DNA of 63,944 nucleotides, filler included, from Reticulomyxa filosa (taxonomy: Eukaryota > Protista > Foraminifera), in NCBI GenBank assembly GCA_000512085.1. It is 25 parts of 25 records of this genome, joined end to end, with 100 filler letters (N's around TTAATTAATTAA, not from the genome) between each part and the next. Parts side by side here need not be neighbours in the genome. Positions count along the whole stretch, not along the records: positions 50,298 to 53,363 come from ASPP01020463.1; positions 53,464 to 54,659 come from ASPP01011050.1; positions 54,760 to 57,834 come from ASPP01004389.1; positions 57,935 to 61,711 come from ASPP01009475.1; positions 61,812 to 63,944 come from ASPP01032876.1; 20 more parts are not named here. One strand, given 5' to 3'. Below, piece after piece: positions 50,788 through 63,827 of the stretch (positions are counted from its first letter, which is position 1; every line of letters begins with the position of its first letter). Both the position numbers and the translations under genes were made by a program. The notes under the pieces are model-generated. The model ran no database searches. It saw only the letters and a list, made by a program, of their open reading frames with translations, and was not told the origin of the DNA.

Positions 50788-51566
50788 TGCAGTATTATCT
50801 TTTTTTTTTTGAAAAAATGTCCCTTTTTCTTCCCCTTTTTTTAAAAAAGAACATTCACTACCCTAAGTTTCGTTTGAATTGTTTACTAAGAAAAAGTAAA
50901 AAAGATGTTTTAACGCTTCGACGATCCGTCTGTAATGATGGAAAAGACTGCATGATCAATAGGAGAAAAAAAGGTGAAAATTAAATAATTTGGGCCAGGC
51001 AGGGCAAATTGTTTTACTAAACAAAAAGCAAAAATAAGCCGATGTTATTGTTGTTGAAAAAGTTGCCTTCTGTCTTATGGGCCAAATAAATAAACTTATT
51101 TCATGGAGGCTATGAGTTGTTTATCCTTCCTCCCATTGGTTGCAAAATGTTCAATTTTTTTTCAATCCTTCTCTCTTAAATTGGAGGGTAGTTTCAGAGC
51201 CAGCTGCCATGACAAAGTGTCCCTTTTTTTTTTTGGCGCACTTCTTTGATAGCATATGCAACATATAAGAGTGCATATGTAATATGTAAACGTACATGTA
51301 CATTCAATGGACAACATATATGTATATATTATTTACCAAAGATATTATACTCTAGTTAAAAAAAAAAAAAAAAGAGCACCATATTTTGAGAAATCGACTA
51401 CATGACCAACAAAAAAATAAATAAATCATTCACGTACACACAGGAAAAAAACAACACATATTCAATAATTGACCGAAAAGAGCCGTGATAATGATTGATA
51501 TTTGGAAACGTAGAGGAAAAAAGTGAAGATATAAAAATATAAAAATATGTATATTAGAAGGAGCGT

Positions 51567-51817
51567 TCAAGCAGAGCTAAAAGAAAGCACAGCAGCAAGA
51601 ATGGCAACGAAAATGATGATAAGTAGGACACACACTTTTTGACAAGACTCTCTATGTTTTTGACATTCTTTGCAATATGGCGTGCTCCTTTTTTTCTTTT
51701 CACATTTGCATATTTTCCACCCCCCCCCCCCAACAACACAACAATAACAACCGCGATACAAAATCAACAAGTTATTTCAAACAAACAATGCATTGAATTG
51801 ATTTCATTCATTCATTC

Positions 51818-51851
<34 letters not shown>

Positions 51852-52365
51852 CATTGGAAAAAAGTTAGTTGTTTTTATATTGTCAGTTCAGTCATTTAAT
51901 TCCGTCCATGTTTTACATTTTCATATGCCAATAGCCAATTGATGACAATAGTATTAATAGTCGTGTGTGCGAACAGGAAAATAACCACCCGCACAAAAAC
52001 AAGTCAAAAAAAAAAAAAGGAAGAGACACTAGTATAATACCATTACGCAATGGCCATCTCAAAAAAGCCATTTCTTTTTTTTTTTTAAAGTTTTGTGTTT
52101 GAATATGAGGACAACATATATATACATATACATATATATATATATATTATATATATATGTATATGCATATATATATACCTTTTTTACAAAGCACTTTGCG
52201 AGTGCCAGAGTGCACTTCACACATTGGTTCGTGACAGGCCCTGCATACTGTTCTTGTCTTTTTGTCACAATGTGCGCATTTGCGGGTTTGATCTTTTTTT
52301 TTTTTTGAACATTAAAAAAAGTTCAACTATTAACCCTTCCCTTTCTCTCTCCACTCTTTTTCTTC

Positions 52366-52396
<31 letters not shown>

Positions 52397-52673
52397 CATT
52401 GCTTGCACATACATAAGTTCACAGACCATGATGATTTGCATTGGATTTGATCAGTGGCACAGTCGGGTCAATTACTGCTGGCACATAACTGGCTAGTAAT
52501 GATCCACAGTTGCTGCAAATAGTAGCTGAAAGACCTACGCTTGTTCGTCCACACTTTGGGCAGCTGCGGACTTTACTATTGCCAGATTCCACACCCAGGC
52601 TGTGCGTATATGCTGCCACTGGTGCTATGCTATCTGCCAATTTTTCAAAAGGAGGTTCTTTTTGTCCTTCCAT
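51567..52673 (-). CDS. Cys-rich zinc-finger protein with C-terminal transmembrane anchor (spliced)
   Basis: Exon 1 CPKCG...CSNCG zinc ribbon, exon 2 CAHCDKKTRTVCRACHEPMCEVH, last exon YCKECQK...VCVLLIIIFVAILAAVLSFSSA*. The middle junctions are tentative. Confidence 0.55.
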
Positions 52674-52852
52674 AGTACTTTGAGTAGTATTATTATTTTT
52701 TTATAAAAAAAGGGGGGCAAACGTCTTTAGTTTACGTTTTGCGTGTTTAAATGTCAGTTGTTATTTTTTTCCCAGTGTAAGTTGCTATTTTCAAAATAGA
52801 AAATGTACTTTAATTTCGTACAATGAAACTTTAGAGCAACACATCAATTTAC

Positions 52853-53070
52853 TTATTCTATCCACATTTGAATTGGACCAGTCAAAGATCCTGATACAAT
52901 GGTATTTCCATCTGGTGAAATATCTATAAGAAGATGATGGAGATGGCAATGAAATAAGGTTTTAAATTTGAATCATTGCAAAAGAAAGGAAAGAACAATG
53001 AGCAAACATTAGACGATTGCAGTATTAATTTATTTTATGATTCAGGCAATCTCATTTGCGTTTGGGATGA
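52853..53070. pseudogene. Two WD40 C-terminal relics fused back to back on opposite strands
   Basis: Minus 52853-52927: DISPDGNTIVSGSLTGPIQMWIE*. Plus 52930-53070: FKFESLQKKGKNNEQTLDDCSINLFYDSGNLICVW (frameshifted). Confidence 0.6.
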
Positions 53071-53659
53071 ACACAACTGATAATTTTTTTGAAAAGACAT
53101 GGATAAATTTGTTTTCTCCAGTTTTCATTTTAGAATTTGGAGTGTCTTTTTGAATTAGAGCTTTAAGAAATCTAAAAAGGATAAAAAAATTTAATTTGCA
53201 CAATTTGAACTGCTTTGGATTAATTTACTTCAAATCAACATTTGATGGATACAATTAATATCAATCTAAATGTATTTGTACTTTAAAAGACATCTCACAC
53301 TTGGAAGATAAATACACACTACTCAGATCTTGTTATAAATAAAACAAAATGTAGTGGTATTCCNNNNNNNNNNNNNNNNNNNNNNNNNNNNNNNNNNNNN
53401 NNNNNNNTTAATTAATTAANNNNNNNNNNNNNNNNNNNNNNNNNNNNNNNNNNNNNNNNNNNNATTTTTCATGGAGAAAATCAATTATCTTCATAAGGTA
53501 GTATTTTATGCGTTCAGTTTTCTATGCAATTTACTGCAGCGATTCAATAAATTGTAATAAACTGCAATAAAAGAATAGAATTTTTCTCAAAAACTAATAA
53601 AGATACAAGATTAATTTTTTTTTGAAACATATCGAAAATCCCAAATGAAATTCAAATGC

Positions 53660-54260
53660 ACATTTGCTTGTCATCACTACAAATACAATAGAATACACTT
53701 TTCTTCATTTCATCTTTGAGCACATCTAAGTACAATTGTGAGTCAATAGTGCAATTAATTTTTGTAGCCCAGTCAACTATATTTGATAATATACAACTCA
53801 AAAACATAAAATTATATCTACATTATTGACATTAGGCTAGCGCGAAAGGATACATGCTCGTTTTCTAGTCACCAACAATTGTTTTCAGTCACTGTTGATT
53901 TGTTTTATGCTAGTTTCATCGCTGAACATAACTTTACGCCAATTTCAGTTGTCCAATTTCGATACTTTAATGCAAATTGAAGGCTCAATCGACGATTAAA
54001 CCTGCAAGAAGTGGTTTCTTACCTTTAAGACATCTATTTAAACATTGTAATTTTAAAATTCATCTTAGTTTTTGAATTTTCAATTTCTGTCTTTGTCTGA
54101 CAATATCTATAGCAGTCGTGCATTATATGTATAAATTAATCTTCATTTGCATATCATCATATGCAGACCACTTTTTTTGTCTTTGTGAGTAATTTTTCTT
54201 GTTGGCACACCAGTAGCTGCAATTTTTTTATGTAGCATACTAATAAAATTCTTGTCAACG
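53660..54260 (-). mobile_element. Degenerate Tc1-family transposase
   Basis: Fragments GVPTRKITHKDK, KKPLL, LQFALKYRNWT, WRKVMFSDETS and IDSQLYLDVLKDEM, with stops and frameshifts. Confidence 0.8.
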
Positions 54261-54759
54261 AAAAATTCTCTTCTATTCTCTATTTAAGACTAAATATTTT
54301 CCAGTAGTTACATTGCCAGACATATTTCATACTAACTTAGCTTGTTTGACATTTTCCAGTACAATACAAGCTGATAAGTCTTTAAACGATGAAATTAGTA
54401 GAATAAGTGAAATAAAAAACAATTACTAGCTTGGATGAACTATACTTTTTTTGAAGACTGGATGTTTTGGTGAACTTTTTGGCAAAAACGGCTTGCGTTA
54501 AAGATATATTTGAATTACCAAAAAATCTAATTAATGTACTTTTTCAGCAAAGTTTTTATTCGTTTCTATTGCAAAATCTTATTATTTTAAAAAATATTGC
54601 AAAATACAGTAGATCGCAAAAAAACTGCCATACCTAAATGGCACTATATGAAGAGAATCNNNNNNNNNNNNNNNNNNNNNNNNNNNNNNNNNNNNNNNNN
54701 NNNTTAATTAATTAANNNNNNNNNNNNNNNNNNNNNNNNNNNNNNNNNNNNNNNNNNNN

Positions 54760-55236
54760 TTGCACCGGCTGCTGTGGCAACACCGAAAAGTGTGGAACAA
54801 GAGCAAAGATTGCAATGACCCGGTGCTCAAGATTCTGGCGACTTTGGGAGCACCTCCGGGGCCTGTCAAATTTTCGGACAACCATCTTATCAATCTCCAG
54901 CTGCGTTGTCTCAATAACAACAACGACGACGACGACGACGACGACAACAACAACAGCAATGGTGATGACTATGACCACAAAAGCAACCATTTGGACTCCA
55001 AAGAAGACAACAAGAACAATATGGCAAGAGATTATATCGCCAACGTCCGAGTCAATGAAGACGCCTTGGTCAATCAAGTCCGCGAAAAAATCAAAACTAT
55101 TTTGGTGAACGACTCTGTTCCCGAAATGTTGCTGGAACAGTGCAGAACCTCATTACGCACATATCTTCAAGTTTATATACATATATTAAAAAAATATGTG
55201 CATTAATTTTTATTATTACATAAAATACAAAAAATA

Positions 55237-55270
<34 letters not shown>

Positions 55271-55997
55271 TGTGTGTAAATGAAAATTGCACTCATAGGA
55301 TGTGAAAGTATGGGCGAAAAAGAATAACAAGTATCAAGTAATACAAGACTGTGAAAAGGCAATGCAAGGGATAGAAAAGTACCTTCGGTTGAATCACATG
55401 GACTCGAACAGCAATACGCAATTCAACGAATTTCTATTGGCGTACATATATGAGACACGGGATATGAAACGTCGAGTGGACCGGTTTCATGACAAAATAA
55501 AAACAGTAAAAAAAGCCCGCAACATTGTCGCCGATCGCAACAAGTATTTGGAAAGCAAATTGAGTGCGTACCAGCAATATTTGGCCAATATCATGGACGT
55601 CGATCATCATGGACTTGGCTCCGAACTTGTTGGAACAAAGTATACGTCGAAAAAAAAAGTTAAGCAAGTCAAGTTTACTCATCAAAAATTATTGCAGCTC
55701 CGTGTCATTGTTGAAGTCGATAAAAAAAGTCTTGATGCACAACGGCTCAATCCCAATAATTTACTGTATTACTTTTCACGCGGAAATACTTCTGATGAGT
55801 TTCAGTTGGATGTGAAAAGCAAAGTCAGCTTTGCTACGAAAACCGATGTGTTTGCACAACCCTTTGTGCTGTCTTTTACCAAGCTGTTGGAAATGAAAGA
55901 CAAACATCACATGCGTTATAAGTTGGATATGTTCACTTTCCATACTGAATATTTGGTGGACTTGTTTAATGACCATTTTTTGAAGAATTGCAAGTAA
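54760..55997 (+). CDS. IQGAP-related RasGAP C-terminal (RGCT) domain protein, 3' part
   Basis: Exons 54760-55170 and 55299-55997. RNKYLESKLSAYQQYLANI, VKFTHQKLLQLRVIVE and LSFTKLLEMK...FHTEYLVDLFNDHF match RasGAP_C/IQGAP C-termini. Confidence 0.82.
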
Positions 55998-58009
55998 TAT
56001 AACTCCCTGGATCATGTCAAGGAAACAAAGGGAGAGAGGGCTGAGGAGGAAGAGGAGGAAAAACAACAATAATAAATAAACCTTGTAGTTGTCCAAGCAA
56101 CATTCCAAGTGTTGGTTCTTTGTTCTTTGTTCTGTTTTTTTTTTCTTCCCCTTTTTTTTGCATTTTGTGAATGGTAACTAGGTTCTTTTACTTGTACTTT
56201 GTCTTTCGTTTTTTTATTAGAGATTTTTCTTTTGCTATCTTTTTGATGTAAGCATGCAAAGGTTCTGTTCTGTTCCCTGCAAACATTGCAAATCTTTGTT
56301 TCGATATGCACAACGATTCTCATCTCAACATAGCCACTTCGCAAAAAATAAAAAAAAGACTATCATCTGTACTATCCTTGATTTTGATTTCTTTTAAAAA
56401 AAGGAACTAGCTTTTTTCGTTTTTTATTTTTGTACTGATATCCAAGAAAACTACAACAACTAAAATTGATGAAAACAAACACAATCAAGATATATATAAT
56501 CTTCCAAACCGATTAAAATTTTTATTGACTGTATTGATTGATCTAACTTTTTCTAACTTTGTTATTGTATACTTTTTGCTAAAAGAATTTATGCAAATTT
56601 TCTAAAAAAAAAATGAATAACTAAAAGGGTTAAGAACTTTTACTAGTTTCGTTTAAAGCTTTTTTTTTTGTTTATTAGTTTTCTTTTTATATTATGAAAG
56701 CCAGAAAAGATGATGTAAAGCTGGCCAATAAGTTAAATGTTTTTTTTTTAAAGTTAACTTGATGAAAGTTAAACCGCTCATTCTGAAGAGACTCGACCCA
56801 ACGGCATCGAGAAAATGTAGCTGGTGAATGATATTATTGTCTGAACTTGTTCAATTGTTAAAATGATGAAAGTATAACTTTACTTAAACATCATCGATTT
56901 AACGGCATTATTATTTTTTTTAATAATGCTACTTGATCTTCAACTCATGTTGCTTTTTTTGATAATAATATATATTTGAAATTAGCTATATTATTAAATT
57001 TTTTTACCTTTTTTTTTTTGTGAAATTGAATTTTTATTTTTATTATTATAAATGATTGATTAAATGAAAAAAGTGACTCCTTTTCGTTTAAAAGTTTTAC
57101 TTGGTTCATTCAACAACACAGCATATTTCTCAAAGCATTTTGATAGATCTTGTTGAAAATAAATATCTTTTATACTTTTCTACCAAGTTCAGCAAAGTAT
57201 TGTCTGTGACATCGCGACCAGGTATGAGAGATCGTCTTGATGCATTATCTTGTCGAATTGATAATGCAAACACCAAAGCCAATTTGGAGAGATTAAAAAA
57301 GTTAGATTTATCGGCAAAGATATAGAGAAAAAATACACAATAATAATTTGAAACAGAAGCACTATATTGTTAAAAAGATGAAAAGGAAAGCGATTAAATA
57401 ACAACTACACATCCATTTCATACAACAGATTTCAATGTAAAGTTGCAAAAATTGGAGTATACGTACGCAATGTACTCTTGGTAAAATGCTTATGTACCAC
57501 TACAGTGCGTTAAAGCGGTGAAGGAGTTAAATTCTTTACTTCATAAAGGAGAAGATGTCATTGTGTCCCCGGATATGTTCCTTTTCGTCTATAACGAAGT
57601 CACTCGATTAATTCGTGAAAACCATTGGACTGATTTTGAGTACTTGTGTTCGACGATGCAAAAATAGGCTAATTCATGTGCACGCATTGGAACACTGTCT
57701 TTTTTTTCTTTGTGTTGTGTTTTGTGGCATGGTGCTATTTCGTTTTTGTTATCTTTGCAAGCATGTGTATTAAAGGACTATCCTTTCTTAACGATATTGC
57801 TAAGATTCATCATTTATAATTTTTTTTTATGCACNNNNNNNNNNNNNNNNNNNNNNNNNNNNNNNNNNNNNNNNNNNNTTAATTAATTAANNNNNNNNNN
57901 NNNNNNNNNNNNNNNNNNNNNNNNNNNNNNNNNNTATCCTTTTTTTTTTTTTTTGTCTCACTCTTGTCCCTCCCCTTCTTGTTGTTTGACACAATCTTTC
58001 GAATTGTAG

Positions 58010-59098
58010 ATTTAGACGCGGTTGACCAACACAGCCCAATAATCAGTGCAATACATGAACCCAATCAAGCCACGCGACCCAACCTCGTTGCAACGAGCTC
58101 GTTGTTTTCTAAGCAGTCGTCACATCACAGCCAACAAACCACTGTCGTAAAAATGACAGCTCAGTCCAGTAACGATACTGTGTTACGACTTTCTCCGTCT
58201 CAGTTATTATAAATTACTATGAAAATAAGACAACCAAAAAAAATAAAGTTTTTTTTTTTTTGTCTTTTGATTGAGTACGCTTTTTTTTTTTTTTTAAATG
58301 CTGGAACAGATCACAACAAGATGAATTAAATCCAATCATTTCATTTCATCGCAAAACATCTTTCACAAACGATGCGATGCAAAGATTTTCAGCTCAAGTG
58401 AATCGACGACTCAGTGAACCACACACCCCACCGAATGCGACAAGATTGAACAGCGAGAGCAGCGGCAAACCTGATGCCAAAGCCACTACACTTAGTAAAG
58501 ATGAAAAACATGTACCCAATAAACCAAGCAACCATGACAAGAACGCTCCCTCATTTTCCAATCGTTCATTGGTCAATCCTTCCAATGACGTAGAAACGGC
58601 TGCAGACAGTAGCACTTTTCTGCCTCCTGTTGCTCAAGTACAGTTCCTGAGAAAGCGTCAGAGTCAAGAGCATAAAAATCAGTGTCAATCTCTCATTCAG
58701 TTTTGCAGTCGAAACTACTATTTGAATTTATTTTTTTTCCAATAGTAGAAAATTGTGTTTCTCCGTGTATCTCCAAAAAAAAATTATAGAGACGCCGACA
58801 CAAAGTTTAAAAAAATACCAATCAAGTGCCAGTTGGTCATAAATTGTTGGGACAGGTTGCGCCAGAGAGAAAACAAAGTTATCGAAAAACTCGTGAAGCG
58901 AGTGACGCGAAGGAAATTGAACTATCTGTCGCCAACACGCCTTTGAAAAAAATTGATCCAAACCTGAGACAATTGAAAGGCCATACTTTCAACAGCACTG
59001 TTGGTCATGCGTCTGAGTATGTACCAGCACAAAAAAGCCGTAGCAGTGTAAAAATGACTGCTGTTTCTCCTACTAATATAGCTCTGATGTACAGTTAG
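58010..59098 (+). CDS. Hypothetical S/T/P-rich disordered protein, 3' exons
   Basis: Three coding-like blocks separated by T/A-rich introns. No domain recognised. Confidence 0.5.
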
Positions 59099-59745
59099 CC
59101 GAGCGGGGAGGGGAAACCAATTACCAAATTTGCGGGTTATGATGGATAATGAATTTGCAGTAAGTGATTCCCAGAAATGTTCGACAGGCGAAGGACTTAT
59201 ACTTTCTGCGCGAATTGTTTAAAAAGGGATGGGATATATAAGTAGCACAATATGAAGGAAATCACAAAGAGTGCAAGCGTTCATATATGTGCTTTTATTT
59301 TTTTTTTTATTGTAATATGAATTTCTCGATGTCGTTTATTTTTGTTCTGTTAATCAAATGAGATGAACAAAACTCTCGATTCTACCCGATTAATTGATTT
59401 TGCACGGATCTCATTAATTTTATAGAGTAAAATGAACAACTTTGAATGAATGCAAGGAAAACGAGTAACTCAAATTAAACAAAGTTTAAAAACGTTGAAC
59501 AAAAATAACTTTCATAAAAAAAGGTTTAGTTGAGCCAACTCGCTCCCTGTTACTACCTTTTTCGCGGAAAGAGATATAAAATGAAAGCATTGCAAATGCA
59601 ATTGGTAACACAATGATAGAAAAACAGCGCTAACAATATCACAAAAAATTCACAAGTATAACAAATGAGAAAAAAAGATAAAAAAAACAACAACAAAAAT
59701 AAACAAAAGATCACAGAAGCACAAAAAAAGCCGATACGTTTCTTA

Positions 59746-61675
59746 TCACCTTGGTGTCTCTGTTCCGACCCACGAAGCTATTTAACACAGGCCCAAAAGT
59801 CTGTTACCACGTATACAAAAGTTAAAAAAGCACTTACCTGCCCAATCCCACCATCCTTGTCTCTGGTCATTGTTTTCATTGATACGTTGCATTTCTGATC
59901 TTATGATGGATTGCTGTGTTCTTACAGCTGACTGTGCTTGAATAGGGAGATCTTGTGTCGGTAAAGTCACAGAAATGGGTTGATAGGTGACAGTAGTTGT
60001 CTGACCAATAGCAGAATTGGGAGTAATATTACGGACATGAGTCATGCCAACACTGGACGGATGAATAATCCCCACAGATGGCTGAGGAGACATTGAAACT
60101 CGCGTTATCGGTCGTGTTTTTTGTTTATGTGTTTGTTTGTGTGAATTTTGGAACTATTGGTGTTTGTTAGTTGATCCACTGGCGTTATCGTCATAGTTTT
60201 GCCGACCGAGTTATGGTCATTGTTTGTGGTATTGATCAAAGTATTTGGGGTGGTTGGGGTTGTAGGAAGGTTCGTTGTTGGCAAGATATTTTGATAATTT
60301 AAAGTTGGAACATTTGACAATGTGTGGGAGTCACTGGTAGAGGAAACAGTATATACCAGCCTATTATTGTGATCAGGTGATGGCAACTGATAAGGTTGCA
60401 CATGGTGAAAAGTCATCACGGATGGTACATTGCCAACGTATTGTTTTTGTGGTGGCGATTTGATGACCGATTGTTGCCTCAGTGCGTACAGATTACCAGT
60501 TATGCGACGATTCTGTTTATTTTATTTTGTTTTGCTATTTTATTGTTTATTGTATATACATACATATGCATATATGTATATAATATAATATTTGCTAATA
60601 AGACAGGTGTGTCATGGTTGAGACTCTGCAGGGACTGGCCACTTTGAACACTGGTCTGGGAGCCCATGGATAGTCCACTAAAGTTCCGATCATGCAACGA
60701 TACGACGGTGTCTTTGCGTTTTTCTTTGCGTCGTTCTCGTTCTCTTTCATTGCCAAAGTGGCTGTATTGACCACTCCAATGGTTCGGAGTGTTGCTGGAG
60801 ACACTTGTGCGATTGTTGCTATCATCACTCATGTCATCCTGCCCCCACACAGTAGTGGACGATAGAGAAATCCCATAGGAACTTGCCACTTGCGCCAAAT
60901 GCGTATATTTTTTTTTTAATCGCCGTTGTTTGCGATCTTGTGTTTTCAATGTGTCAACCAAATCTTTTACTTTTTCTTCTAATTCTCCATTTGTTATTGT
61001 CATGTTGGCCAAATCTCTCATCACACGCTCTAACATCCATGATTTCTTATCTACTAGCAATCGCAAATTTCTGTTATTGTTTGTTTTACGCAAAAAAAAA
61101 AAAAAAAAATTATTTATGTACATGTATACGTATATACGAGAAGAAATATATAAATCAAAGACAAACTGATTCCAATCGACCAACATATCCATATAATCAA
61201 CCCATTCTTGGTTGGGCAAAGTACTTTTGTCAGTGGGAGGTGGTGGTGGAGTGCCTTCTTCGGGCAGCATGATTTGAGGCCAGGTGCGTTCTCCAGTCTT
61301 AGGATCGAGAAAAGAATATTTTTGGACCCATTTTGTATCGTCCATAATGTACACTTTTTTGATCCAGCGTCCATTATTATCCATTTCCAAGTTGGGATCG
61401 GTATCGACCAAAGAGGATTTGACCGTTGGCGAAAATATCGATACCTTCACATCTTGAATTTGCTTTTCAGCAGCGTGGACGGCTTCTTTCAACTGATTGT
61501 TCTCTAGCTTTGCCTCCTCCAATAGTTTATATAATGACTTCGTTGCAGATTCCACCGTAATACCGTCTAATTCCGCAATTTGCAATTGCACAACTGACTT
61601 ATTGGAATGCGAGGCCAAATGATGTCCTTGCTGCGTCGGGCTCAAGCTTGGAGTGCGGCTGCGTGGCGTTGCTAC
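59746..61675 (-). CDS. Coiled-coil / low-complexity protein, 3' exons, ending GWWDWAASWVGTETPR*
   Basis: Long ORFs 60500-61645, 60105-60419 and 59782-60093 linked by GT-AG introns. Heptad-rich segments. A final GTAAGT..AATAG intron precedes the stop at 59746. Confidence 0.65.
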
Positions 61676-62433
61676 CTATTTCATTCAATAATTTTCAAGT
61701 TTTTTTTTTTTNNNNNNNNNNNNNNNNNNNNNNNNNNNNNNNNNNNNNNNNNNNNTTAATTAATTAANNNNNNNNNNNNNNNNNNNNNNNNNNNNNNNNN
61801 NNNNNNNNNNNACAAAAAATAATGTCCTTTTAAATGGATGTCTAATAATTTATAATTTAAGAAACAAGAGAAAGAAGGAAGGACTTGACAATGAAACATA
61901 TTAGTGTCAAAATATAATGAATTCATCTCTTATTATTTTCTTTGAAATCTTTAATAAGTCTTAAAAATTTAGACTTATAAAATCAATAAAAATGAACTTG
62001 TTCTGTTGGCAATACAAATGTTTCATGCTATCAGTTGCAAACTCAAATAAGACAGTGATCTTTATTATCAACTATCAAATTTATTATATTACTTGATGAG
62101 ATTGACTTCATATTCATCAAACAATTTACTACATTGCAGGTCCGATCTTTAGTCAAACGAGCATTTGTGTTTAAATTCATTGGTGATGATGTAATTCCAA
62201 TAAGTTGTCAATTCCTTGTAAGGAAGTTGGGTCTGAACTTAGGAATACCTTTTTTCCCAAATTTACTGGTTACTTTTATTTGCTTTCTTTTATTTGATGT
62301 TTTTCTGTTTTATTTTCTTTATTTATCTCTTGTTACAGTTTGCTCGAAGGATGATCATCCTTAAAAAAAAGTTCAAACATTTTTCATCTTACATCTGAGA
62401 CATTATTAATATAAAAACAAAAGAGATTGGAAG

Positions 62434-63827
62434 ATGATCACCAGCAACAATGAAAAACAGTCTTCCACGCAACTCTCATTTGTAAGCGTCAACTAAGTCT
62501 TTTCGAAAACTAGTTGCTTTATGTTTTATTGTGTTCATTGTATTAATTTGTGATTGAATTAGTTAAAAGATAAAGAAGAAGAGATCCAAATAATTATTCA
62601 GCATTGGATTCGAACATTAAATATTAAATTAGGATGGATCAAAGATTTTGACAAACTTGTTGTCAATTATGTTATGTCTTTTTTATTTTTCATTAAAACA
62701 TTCATAAAATATATAGTATTATTTGTTATCATTTTTTAACGCAGGCAACCACGGTCTTTATGCTTGATACGTTTTCTTCATCGTCCAAACTACTCAAAAC
62801 ATTCACTGGGCACTCTGCTCGTGTGTACAGTATTGATTGTACAACATTTGATAATATGCATTTTCTTTGTTCTGGATCAACAGATAATACAGTTCGTGTA
62901 TGGGATATCGAAAACAACAAACAAATTCAATCATTTAATGAACATGTAGATTATGTATATTGTGTGAGATTTTCACCATATCATCACTATAATCACAGTC
63001 GCAATGTCATTTGTTCTTCATCAAATGATAAAACCATCCGTTTTTGGGATATCAAAGATAATCGACAATTGAAAATATATAATGAATGCACCACCTGGGT
63101 TGGTGGAATTGAATTTTCATCATTTAATAGTGGTAGATATTTGTGTTTTGGATCTGGTGAAAATAACATCAATCTTTGGGATGTTGAAACATCCAAGTCA
63201 TTACATTCTTTCAATGGACATGAAAGTGGTGTTTGGTGTGTGAATATTTCACCATTACAAAGTAATAACAATAATGATAGTAAAAGTAATATGATTGGTG
63301 TGATTGGTGGAAATGGATATACTATTTGTTCTGGATCACTGGATAATACCATTCGAATATGGGATATTGAAACAGCCAAACAATTGAATATATTCAAAGG
63401 ACATAAATTTATTGTAACTAGTGTAAAATATGGCTCAAATGAATTAGTAAATACAATATTATCTGGATCAAATGATACAAGTGTTCGTTTGTGGGATATT
63501 CGATCTGGTCAACAAATTCAAGAGTTCAATGGACACATTAGTTTAGTTAAAGCTGTTGAATATTCACCATTTATAGTAAATAATATCGAAGCTAGTGGTA
63601 GTTCAAATATTGTATGTTCTGGATCAATTGATAATACAATTCGGTTTTGGGATGCCCGATCAAATAAGAAGGAATTGTATACAGTCAATGGAAATGATCA
63701 AAAAGATTTTGGAATATCTTGTTTTAAATTTCTACAATTCAAAAAGAAAAACAGAAGCAATTATTGTAGTTATAGCACCAATTTGTTTTATGGTTCACAA
63801 AGGGGATGCATTTGTATTTGGGGATAG
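62434..63827 (+). CDS. Complete WD40-repeat protein of the expanded family, with N-terminal HWIR-LGW motif
   Basis: Exons 62434-62481, 62563-62670 and 62745-63827. About seven WD repeats (GH...CSGS.D.T.R.WD). Confidence 0.95.

Noticed and set aside
52419-52421. TGA just before a GTATGT donor as possible selenocysteine or readthrough
   Set aside because: An upstream phase-1 GT donor joins the Cys-rich next exon in frame without using the TGA, and no SECIS was identified.
57101-57670. Coding-like fragments (RPGMRDRLDALSCRIDNANTKANL...)
   Set aside because: Short, interrupted and without a recognisable family, so no call can be supported.
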